Positions 33,990 to 40,831 of a stretch of 40,831 nt of DNA are shown here, piece after piece. Source of the stretch: Ktedonobacterales bacterium (GTDB lineage Bacteria; Chloroflexota; Ktedonobacteria; Ktedonobacterales; JADMIN01); NCBI GenBank assembly GCA_025936795.1, contig JAICSR010000001.1, positions 1 to 40,831 on the forward strand, in the 5' to 3' direction. The translations under genes were made by a program, and so were the position numbers. The notes below the pieces were generated by a model, which saw only the letters and a program-made list of their open reading frames with translations, was not told the DNA's origin and did no database searches. Each line of letters begins with the position of its first letter. Position 1 is the first letter of the stretch.

Positions 33990-34168
33990 CGGTCTGACCC
34001 TCCTGGGCGCCCAGCGTCACGCTGAGCGCCCATGCGCTTATCCTCAAGCGTCGCTTACGCGCACGCCGCCTTCACAACTACCCACATCCGCTCGCTCACG
34101 CGCTCGTTTCACTCGATACCATCGGCGACGGCCCAAAAGCCTGCTGCAAAGCATGCTCCGCTGGCCTC

Positions 34169-35482
34169 TCAGCCTATTTCCCTAGTGTACCACTGATACA
34201 GTCGTCCCATTTCATAGTCTAACTCACGCAAGAACGCGCGCCAAAGCTCGTCGAAGGGTTTCCCACCACGCGCGGCTCCAAGCTCTTCGGAGATGACCAT
34301 TTCGTAAAACTCACGCACGGTCGCGTGCATCATACGCACAGCGTCCCAGTAGCAGCTGATCAGTTCCTGTCCCTTCACGACGCGGTCAAGGCCCTTCACG
34401 TCATCGTAGATCAGGCGACCTCTATCTACGTGAATCAGCTCATCCATACGCGGGTAGCCCGCCTGAATGGAGTTCACCAGCGGCCCTGCGATGTGGTCTA
34501 TATAGCGGACAGCCTCGAGAGGACTGACGGCTCCGCGTGCACGCAGCGCGCGTGCGAAGCGCGCATGATGCGCGAGCAAGCTGTTTGCGCAGTCGCCCAT
34601 CACCTGTGTCAGTGCGAGCATGAGCTGCCCCGGAGCGGTACGTGGAACCTGCTCCAGTTGGGCGCGCGACTGCGTCATCACTCCAGCGAGGTCTTGCTCC
34701 AGATCGCGGTCGAGGCGCTCATCTACCAGGAGCACCAGCCCGCGTTCGAGCAGCTTCGTCATCGTCTCTCCGGCCACCGCTTCGGGTACCAGCCGGGCAT
34801 AGGCGATGGCGTAGAGTGGGCGATCCTCCTCGGCAAGCGTGTAGATCCACAGCTCCTCATTGGTCAGCCCGTTCAAACGCGGATCCTCACCGCTGGGAAC
34901 CGCCTTGCGCACGCGCGTCGTGCGCGGGGCAGGTCGAACGCGCATGTGCTCGCGCTCATCGGCGAGGCGCAACGCCTCCAGCACGACGTGATCAACATTG
35001 AGGGGCTGCGCAGCGCTCGGCGTATACATCCCTCCGGTCCGGCGAACGTTCGACGCCTCGCGCACAAACTCGAACCGGCCACGATCCCAGCGCACCGCGC
35101 GGCTCAGCGCCTGGACCACGAGATAGGCGCGTCGCTGCAGTTCTTCCGCCGGGTCCATGACGCCCATGTTGACCAGAATCTGAATGACCGATGGCAAGTC
35201 GCGGCGGGCGTCCTGTGGGATGCGCATCAGCTGGTCGGCGCCCAGACGCCCCATTGCGCGAAACAGGCCGAGCAAATCCGGGTCTGGAATCCCTTGCTCT
35301 TCGAGGCTCACAATCGCGCCGTCTTGCAGATGGATGAGCAAGCGTTCATTGCCAGATTCCACCCGGAGAACGCCGGTCTTGCTCCCCAGCGCCAGCATCT
35401 TCAGCGTGGACTGCAAGGTCAGTGTCTCAAGGTCGCCGTTGAGAATGCGACCGGGTGAACTGCCTTGATTGTCGTAGTCCAT
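34169..35482 (-). CDS. stand-alone PATAN/DUF4388-domain protein with an uncharacterised C-terminal region of about 270 aa
   Basis: The N-terminus GDLETLTLQSTLKMLALGSKTGVLRVESGNERLLIHLQDGAIVSL...WDRGRFEF matches the DUF4388 pattern (GxL..L..LLQ.L....TGxL.....I.F..G.I). The start is taken at ATG 35482, with GGGAG 6 nt upstream. It is the first gene of the chemosensory operon. Confidence 0.7.
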   Translation of the reverse strand: MDYDNQGSSPGRILNGDLETLTLQSTLKMLALGSKTGVLRVESGNERLLIHLQDGAIVSLEEQGIPDPDLLGLFRAMGRLGADQLMRIPQDARRDLPSVIQILVNMGVMDPAEELQRRAYLVVQALSRAVRWDRGRFEFVREASNVRRTGGMYTPSAAQPLNVDHVVLEALRLADEREHMRVRPAPRTTRVRKAVPSGEDPRLNGLTNEELWIYTLAEEDRPLYAIAYARLVPEAVAGETMTKLLERGLVLLVDERLDRDLEQDLAGVMTQSRAQLEQVPRTAPGQLMLALTQVMGDCANSLLAHHARFARALRARGAVSPLEAVRYIDHIAGPLVNSIQAGYPRMDELIHVDRGRLIYDDVKGLDRVVKGQELISCYWDAVRMMHATVREFYEMVISEELGAARGGKPFDELWRAFLRELDYEMGRLYQWYTREIG

Positions 35483-35721
35483 CGCAGACTCCCTGTGGTA
35501 CGAAAACCTCTTGATTGGTCGCGTCTCCCCTCGCATCGTGCTGTGGGCAGACGCACGGGGGTCTCTGGTGAGAGCCAGATGAGGCTACGTGGCCCTGGCG
35601 CCGAGGACGCGCATAGATAAAAACGTCTCAAAAACGTCGCAACTCACGCTCCGTCTCATTCGCGCCCAGGAAGCACGGAGCCTGCGCTGAAGAGTTCAGC
35701 ATTCGGGCGGAAGTCTGGCCT

Positions 35722-35749
35722 ATTGTATCACACGTGACTATTGGTTCAA
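35722..35749 (-). promoter_or_regulatory. candidate sigma70-type promoter of the chemosensory operon
   Basis: On the minus strand: TTGAAC (35749-35744), 16-nt spacer, TG-a-TACAAT (TACAAT at 35727-35722). This implies a leader of about 235 nt. Confidence 0.4.
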
Positions 35750-35813
35750 GGGGGTCCTATACGCTCGTTCAGAACAGACTCACATGCCCCGCAAACCCGC
35801 GCCTGTCCGTGAA

Positions 35814-36566
35814 TCATAGCAAGCGAGGCTTGTCGCTTGCCAGCGCGTCGCCGCCTGCGCGTTTGGCGCGCTGGCCACCGCTGAGCGCGGTCGCCACGAA
35901 GAGCGCGCGATGCTGCTGCGAGGGGCCAAGCGCATGCAGCGCCGCCAGATGCTCCGCTGAGCCATAGCCAACGTTGCGCTCCCAGCCATAGCCACGATGC
36001 TCGCCCGCCAGCTCCGTCATGAGGTGATCACGATAGACCTTGGCGATGATCGAGGCCGCCGAGACCGCAGGCGTGAGGGCGTCGGCCTTCACCAAGCACC
36101 GCACGCGCGCGATCCGGTCGGCGGGGGCAGGCGGTCTGATCTTGCCATCCACCACATACTCGTCGGCGTCAATCTCACAAATCAAGCGACGAAACACGTC
36201 GCGGTTCACCCAGCCGATGCCGCGCTCGTCAATGACACTTACTGGCGCGACGACCAGCGCGATCTCCAGCGCATGCTCGCGCAACGCCCGCGCCACGGCC
36301 TCGCGCTTACCGCGTGGCGTCGTCTTGGAGTCGCGCAGAAACGGCGCGAGCGCGCCCAACCGCTCGCGGATGTCGCTTGGGAGGATGACCGCCGCCGCCA
36401 CCAGCGGGCCAGCCAGCGCGCCGCGCCCGACCTCATCTAACCCGCAGCAGCGCGCCGTCGGGGGCAGGCCCTCAGCAGCCAGGAGGGTCGCCTGGCCCAC
36501 AGCGCGCCGCTCATGCTCATCACTCGGATTGCTGATCCTGCTGATCTTGCTGATCCTGCTCATCAT
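35814..36566 (-). CDS. rnhB: ribonuclease HII
   Basis: The active-site motif is GLDEVGRGALAGPLVAAAVIL, and the C-terminal motifs are DSKTT...SAASIIAKVYRD. The true start is uncertain because the N-terminus is encoded by a tandem repeat. Confidence 0.85.
   Translation of the reverse strand: MMSRISKISRISNPSDEHERRAVGQATLLAAEGLPPTARCCGLDEVGRGALAGPLVAAAVILPSDIRERLGALAPFLRDSKTTPRGKREAVARALREHALEIALVVAPVSVIDERGIGWVNRDVFRRLICEIDADEYVVDGKIRPPAPADRIARVRCLVKADALTPAVSAASIIAKVYRDHLMTELAGEHRGYGWERNVGYGSAEHLAALHALGPSQQHRALFVATALSGGQRAKRAGGDALASDKPRLL
36531..36566. repeat. 9-nt tandem repeat (4 units, gctgatcct-like) spanning the annotated rnhB start and the upstream gene's stop
   Basis: gctgatcct gctgatctt gctgatcct gctcatcat. 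It encodes [13 protein letters not shown] on the minus strand. Confidence 0.85.
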
Positions 36567-37513
36567 GGGCGGCGCTCCTCAGTCAGGAAGGCGATGATCT
36601 CCGCATTCACGCTTTCGGGCTGCTGTTGATTGAGCCAATGCCCAGCGTCAGGGAAGCGCACGACGCGCAAGTCGGACACCCATTCGTCGAGGCCATCGAG
36701 CAATTCGACGCCCAGATAGGGGTCTTGCTCGCCCCAGAGGACCAGCGTCGGCGCCGAGATGACGCGCGTGACCCCAACAGACGCCATGCCGCGCCGCACC
36801 AACTGGCGATAGTAGCTGAGCGCCGCCGTGAGCGCGCCAGGGCGCGCAATTGCGTCCACGTAGCGCTGGATGTCGGCGTCGCTCAGCCACTCGCGGGCGT
36901 GGTCGGCGGAACGGAAGGTGCGCCAGATCGCGCCGTAGTGTTCTGCGGAGATGGCGCGCTCGGCGAGGCCTACGAGTTGAAAGAATCCCACGTATGCGCT
37001 GCGGCGCAAATGGCGCAGGCGCCGGAGCTCGCGCACCATTGGGCCAAGATGCGGCGCATTCAGCACGACAAGGCGGCGAACCAGCTCTGGCTCGCGCATC
37101 GCGAAGACCCAGGCGAGCGCGCCGCCCCAGTCATGGCCGATGATGTCAGCCTGTCGCTCGCCCAGCGCCTCGATCACGGAGCGAATGTCGTGGGTGAGGG
37201 TGGCAAGATCGTAGCCATCGGCTGGCTTGTCGGAGAGGTTGTAGCCGCGCATATCGAGTGCGACGACGCGCCGGATGCGCGCCAGTTCCGGAATATTCGC
37301 CCGCCAGGAATACCAGAACTCTGGGAAGCCGTGCAGCAGGAGGGCGAGCGGACCCGCGCCTGCGGTGATGTAATGCAGGCGCTGGCCGTTCGCCGTCAGA
37401 TAGCCCTCAACACAGCCCGGCGGCAGCGCAAAGCGCTCGTGCGCCTCGCCTGCCATCGGCTGAGCGATCTGGGCAGATTGAGCGTCGGGTGGTGTGTCAC
37501 TCACGCACATCAT
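36563..37513 (-). CDS. alpha/beta hydrolase, epoxide hydrolase / haloalkane dehalogenase-like
   Basis: [14 protein letters not shown] and the nucleophile elbow IGHDWGG. The start is ambiguous: 37513 overlaps cysK by 17 nt, and there is an alternative ATG at 37456 (MAGEAH). Confidence 0.8.
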   Translation of the reverse strand: MMCVSDTPPDAQSAQIAQPMAGEAHERFALPPGCVEGYLTANGQRLHYITAGAGPLALLLHGFPEFWYSWRANIPELARIRRVVALDMRGYNLSDKPADGYDLATLTHDIRSVIEALGERQADIIGHDWGGALAWVFAMREPELVRRLVVLNAPHLGPMVRELRRLRHLRRSAYVGFFQLVGLAERAISAEHYGAIWRTFRSADHAREWLSDADIQRYVDAIARPGALTAALSYYRQLVRRGMASVGVTRVISAPTLVLWGEQDPYLGVELLDGLDEWVSDLRVVRFPDAGHWLNQQQPESVNAEIIAFLTEERRP

Positions 37514-38429
37514 CGTACAACACGGTGCTGAGGTAGCGCTCGCCTGCCGAGGGGAAGATGGCGACGATCACCTTGCCATCATAGTCAGGGCGCGCGGCGA
37601 GTTGCGCGGCGGCCCATGCGGCGGCGCCCGAACTGATGCCAGTGAGCAGCCCTTCCTCCTGCGCTAGACGACGCGCCATCTGGATCGCATCGTCGTCCGT
37701 CACCTGAATGATCTCGTCAATCAGCTTCGTATCTAGCACGTCTGGAATGAAGCCCGCGCCGATGCCCTGAATCTTCGAAGGCCCCGCTGGCCCGCCAGAG
37801 AGAACGGCGGAGGTGGTCGGCTCCACAGCGATCATCTGGACGGTCGGCTTGCGCTGCTTCAGCGCCTCACCCACGCCGCTCAGCGTGCCACCCGTGCCGA
37901 CGCCAGACACCACGGCGTCCACCTGGCCATCGGTATCGCGCCAGATCTCCTCGGCGGTCGTCTCGCGGTGAATCTTCGGGTTGGCCGGGTTCTCGAACTG
38001 CTGTGGCATCCACGAGTTGGGCGTCTGCGCGATCAGTTCCTCCGCTTTGGCGATGGCGGTGGGCATGCGGCCAGAGGCAGGCGTCAGCACGACCTCGGCG
38101 CCCAGCCGCCGCAGCACCATCCGGCGCTCCTGGCTGACCGTCTCTGGCATGACGAGCACGCAGCGATAGCCGCGCGCCGCCGCCACCCACGCGATGCCGA
38201 TGCCCGTGTTGCCGCTCGTCGGCTCGATGATGACACCGCCCGGTTTCAAAGCGCCGCGCTGCTCGGCGTCGGCGATCATCGAGACAGCGATGCGATCCTT
38301 GACACTGTAGCCTGGCTGAAACGACTCCAGCTTGGCCAGCACGGTCGCGCCGCCCGGCGCGACGCGGTTCAGACGCACCAGCGGTGTATTGCCGATCAAC
38401 TCCGTGGCGTCGCTCGCCCAATGTGGCAT
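37497..38429 (-). CDS. cysK: cysteine synthase A (O-acetylserine sulfhydrylase)
   Basis: The PLP-lysine motif is [10 protein letters not shown], with [10 protein letters not shown] and [18 protein letters not shown] precedes the ATG at 38429. Confidence 0.9.
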   Translation of the reverse strand: MPHWASDATELIGNTPLVRLNRVAPGGATVLAKLESFQPGYSVKDRIAVSMIADAEQRGALKPGGVIIEPTSGNTGIGIAWVAAARGYRCVLVMPETVSQERRMVLRRLGAEVVLTPASGRMPTAIAKAEELIAQTPNSWMPQQFENPANPKIHRETTAEEIWRDTDGQVDAVVSGVGTGGTLSGVGEALKQRKPTVQMIAVEPTTSAVLSGGPAGPSKIQGIGAGFIPDVLDTKLIDEIIQVTDDDAIQMARRLAQEEGLLTGISSGAAAWAAAQLAARPDYDGKVIVAIFPSAGERYLSTVLYDDVRE

Positions 38430-38514
38430 CGGTGTGCCTCCTTCTGAACTCGGCCTGATCTCTGCGCCGCGAGCGCGGACGCTGTTCTGCTGGCGCGTGA
38501 CACCAGCCCCCAGA

Positions 38515-38544
38515 ATAGTACAGCAAGTGTATCAACTTCATCAA
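38515..38544 (-). promoter_or_regulatory. candidate sigma70-type promoter of cysK
   Basis: On the minus strand: TTGATG (38544-38539), 18-nt spacer, TACTAT (38520-38515). Confidence 0.3.
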
Positions 38545-38678
38545 CAATTGCAGGCGAGCCGCTCCGTCTGCGCTCTCGCTGCGCCCACGCTGTGCTGGGA
38601 AGTGCGGTATCCTGTACGAGAGATGCGCCGATGGTACGCAGCGCATGCCAAGCTGGCGGGCGCAAAAGGAGGGTACAG

Positions 38679-39203
38679 ATGGCGACCGATGTCACACTGC
38701 GCGAGGTGATAGACAGTGACCTCCCGATCTTCTTCGAGCAAGAGTCAGACCCCGACGCGCGCTATATGGCCGCGTTCACGAGTGAGGACCGCAACGACCG
38801 CGAGGCGTTCATGGCGCATTGGGCCAGGATTCGCAGCAATAGCTCCAACATTGTTCGCACAATCCTGGCCGATGGGCAGGTGGCCGGGAGCATGTTTAGT
38901 TGGTCCGAGGTTGACGCCGCTGGCGAGCGCACACACGAGGTCGGTTACTGGCTCGGCAAAGCCTACTGGGGCCAGGGCATCGCTACCCGCGCGCTTGCTC
39001 TGCTCCTGCGCGAGCTGCCAATGCGCCCGCTCTATGCCCACGCCGCCAAGGACAACCTGGCCTCCATCCGCGTGCTGGAACACTGCGGGTTCAAGCTGTA
39101 TGAAGAAGACGTCTACTTTTCGCATGCGCGCGGCGCGGAAATCCCAGAAGTGCTGCTGAAGCTGGACGCGCCAGCGCCAGGCGCACGCGCCGCCAGCGCA
39201 TGA
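38679..39203 (+). CDS. GNAT-family N-acetyltransferase (RimJ/RimL-like)
   Basis: The acetyl-CoA-binding region is GYWLGKAYWGQGIATRALALLL, followed by NLASIRVLEHCGF. AAAGGAGGG lies 5 nt before the ATG at 38679. Confidence 0.85.
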   Translation: MATDVTLREVIDSDLPIFFEQESDPDARYMAAFTSEDRNDREAFMAHWARIRSNSSNIVRTILADGQVAGSMFSWSEVDAAGERTHEVGYWLGKAYWGQGIATRALALLLRELPMRPLYAHAAKDNLASIRVLEHCGFKLYEEDVYFSHARGAEIPEVLLKLDAPAPGARAASA

Positions 39204-39326
39204 ACCCGCTCGGCGTCGCCTGTCTGTACCTGGCTGGCGTATTGAGTGTAGGCGCCACAGGCCAGCGCTCAGCGGCGTCCGCTTCTACACGCGATACACG
39301 CTCATCACGACAAGGAGACCTGCGCC

Positions 39327-40831
39327 ATGTCTACCGCTTCCGCATTGCCGCGCTGGGATGTCTCGACGATCTTTCCCAGCCTCGAATCACCTGAGTTCGA
39401 CGCTGGTTTCACTGCTGTCGTGCAGCGAGTAGATGACCTGTCCGCGGCCTTTGACGAGCTTGGTGTGGAGCGGCCAGCGTCCGCGCCAACTGCGGATGCT
39501 GCGACCATCGCAGCGGTCGAGCGCGCGATCACCGCGCTGAATGAGACCATCGCGCCCTATCGCACGCTCAGTTCATACATCTACTCGTTCGTCGCCACCG
39601 ACTCGCGCAATACACTGGCGCAGGCGCGGCAAAGTGAACTCCAGCGGCAGAGCGTGCGGCTGGCGCAATTGCGCACGCGCTTCACCGCCTGGATCGGCGC
39701 GATGGATGTGGAGGCGCTGATTGCTCGCTCGCAGATCGCGCGCGACCACGCCTTCACCCTGCGCGAGGCGCACACGATAGCGGCGCGGCTGATGTCGCCG
39801 GAGGAGGAGGCGCTGGCGACTGAGCTGAACGTGAGCGGCGGCGCAGCATGGGCCAAGCTGCACGCCACCCTCACCTCGCAGATCACGGCGCCCATCGAGC
39901 TGGATGGCGAGACGCGCGAGCTGACGATGAGCATACTGCGTACCCTCGCCTTCAACCACGACCGCACCATCCGCCGTCGAGGCTACGAGGCGGAGCTAGC
40001 CGCCTGGGAGCGCAACGCCGCGCCGCTGGCTGCCGCGCTGAATAGCATCAAGGGGCAGGTCAACACGCTGACGCGCAAACGTGGCTGGCCCTCCGCGCTC
40101 GACGCCGCGCTCTTCGATGCGCGCATTGACCGCGCCACGTTGGACGCGATGCTGACCGCCGCGCGCGAGTCCTTCCCCGACTGGCGGCGCTACCTGCGCG
40201 CAAAGGCGCATGCGCTGGGCCTGGAGCGCCTGGCCTGGTATGATCTCTTCGCGCCGGTCGGCGGCAGCGGGCGCCCCTGGAACTTCGCGGAGGGCGAGAC
40301 GTTCGTCGTGCAGCGATTCGGCGCCTACTCGCCACGGCTCAGCGCCTTCGCCGCCCGCGCCTTCGCGCAGCGCTGGATTGACGCCGAGCCACGCCCCGGC
40401 AAGGAAGACGGCGCCTTCTGCATGCCGATCTGGCGCGATGAGTCGCGGGTGATGGCCAACTTCAAGCCATCGTTCGATGGCGTGAGTACCCTCGCGCATG
40501 AGCTGGGTCATGGCTACCACAACATGCTGATCTCTTCGCGCACGATGCTCCAGCGCGAGACGCCGATGACGCTGGCCGAGACGGCCAGCATCTTCTGCGA
40601 GACGATCATCAAGCATGCCGCGCTCGCTGACGCGCAGCCCGCCGAGCAGATCGAACTGCTGGAAGCGTCGCTTCAGGGGCAGTGCCAGGTGGTCGTAGAC
40701 ATCACCAGTCGCTTCCTGTTTGAGCAGGCCGTCTTCGAGCGGCGTCGCGAGCGCGAACTCTCGATCCAGGAGATGTGCGAGCTGATGCTTCAGTCGCAGC
40801 GCGACACCTACGGCGATGGGCTGGATGAGAC
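39327..40831 (+). CDS. M3-family oligoendopeptidase (PepF-like), C-terminus beyond the window
   Basis: Not in the ORF track because it runs off the window. My translation from ATG 39327 (AAGGAGA 8 nt upstream) stays open to the window end. It contains the zinc motif HELGHGYH (from 40497), and the N-terminus is MSTASALPRWDVSTIFPSLESPEF. Confidence 0.85.
   Translation, partial: MSTASALPRWDVSTIFPSLESPEFDAGFTAVVQRVDDLSAAFDELGVERPASAPTADAATIAAVERAITALNETIAPYRTLSSYIYSFVATDSRNTLAQARQSELQRQSVRLAQLRTRFTAWIGAMDVEALIARSQIARDHAFTLREAHTIAARLMSPEEEALATELNVSGGAAWAKLHATLTSQITAPIELDGETRELTMSILRTLAFNHDRTIRRRGYEAELAAWERNAAPLAAALNSIKGQVNTLTRKRGWPSALDAALFDARIDRATLDAMLTAARESFPDWRRYLRAKAHALGLERLAWYDLFAPVGGSGRPWNFAEGETFVVQRFGAYSPRLSAFAARAFAQRWIDAEPRPGKEDGAFCMPIWRDESRVMANFKPSFDGVSTLAHELGHGYHNMLISSRTMLQRETPMTLAETASIFCETIIKHAALADAQPAEQIELLEASLQGQCQVVVDITSRFLFEQAVFERRRERELSIQEMCELMLQSQRDTYGDGLDE

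Noticed and set aside
34325-35458. 377-aa plus-strand ORF
   Set aside because: It is antisense to the PATAN/DUF4388 gene. It has no RBS and no motifs, and its composition is that of a shadow ORF.
35741-35760. tRNA-like T-arm string GGTTCAAGGGGGTCC
   Set aside because: No acceptor, D-arm or anticodon-arm pairing can be drawn around it. The string overlaps the predicted -35 box of the chemosensory promoter.
36626-37531. 301-aa plus-strand ORF
   Set aside because: It is antisense to the alpha/beta hydrolase gene, which carries the [11 protein letters not shown] and GHDWGG motifs.
39996-40616. 206-aa minus-strand ORF
   Set aside because: It is antisense to the M3 oligoendopeptidase reading frame, which contains HELGH and is open from 39327 to the window end.

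Overview
This is a high-GC, densely coding bacterial chromosomal segment. I support about 37 protein genes. Two of them run off the window edges and are missing from the ORF track: a Qor-like oxidoreductase at 1-834 (-) and an M3 oligoendopeptidase at 39327-40831 (+). I found no rRNA, tRNA, CRISPR array, transposase, integrase or recognisable defence genes. Most of the window is housekeeping or accessory metabolism. It holds a PatB/MalY-type C-S lyase, a Nudix-HAD-membrane operon, an ECF transporter module (membrane protein-ecfA1-ecfA2-ecfT), a divergent MFS/HxlR pair and ispF. It also holds an envelope cluster (class B PBP, two GT-C membrane glycosyltransferases, one GT2), an aldo/keto reductase, a PPOX-class protein, leuB, an ACT protein, a flavin amine oxidase, rnhB, an epoxide-hydrolase-like hydrolase, cysK and a GNAT. 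The most interesting region is a six-gene minus-strand chemosensory operon (35482 down to 25238). Its order is stand-alone PATAN/DUF4388 protein, two CheY-like receivers, CheW, a sensor-less MCP with a tandem-repeat Q/N/G/Y tail, and a 1550-aa multi-Hpt CheA-REC hybrid. That gene order matches Pil-Chp/Tax type IV pilus control systems, but there is no CheB or CheR in the window and the PatA-like lead protein appears split into two genes. Non-coding signals include two copies of a 90-nt double-hairpin REP/MITE-like element, a 139-nt element bounded by 21-nt inverted repeats, several in-frame tandem repeats, and hairpins between convergent genes. Many long ORFs in the track are antisense shadows typical of high-GC DNA and are rejected. 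All family assignments come from motif reading by eye. No database search was run. The source taxon cannot be determined from the window alone.
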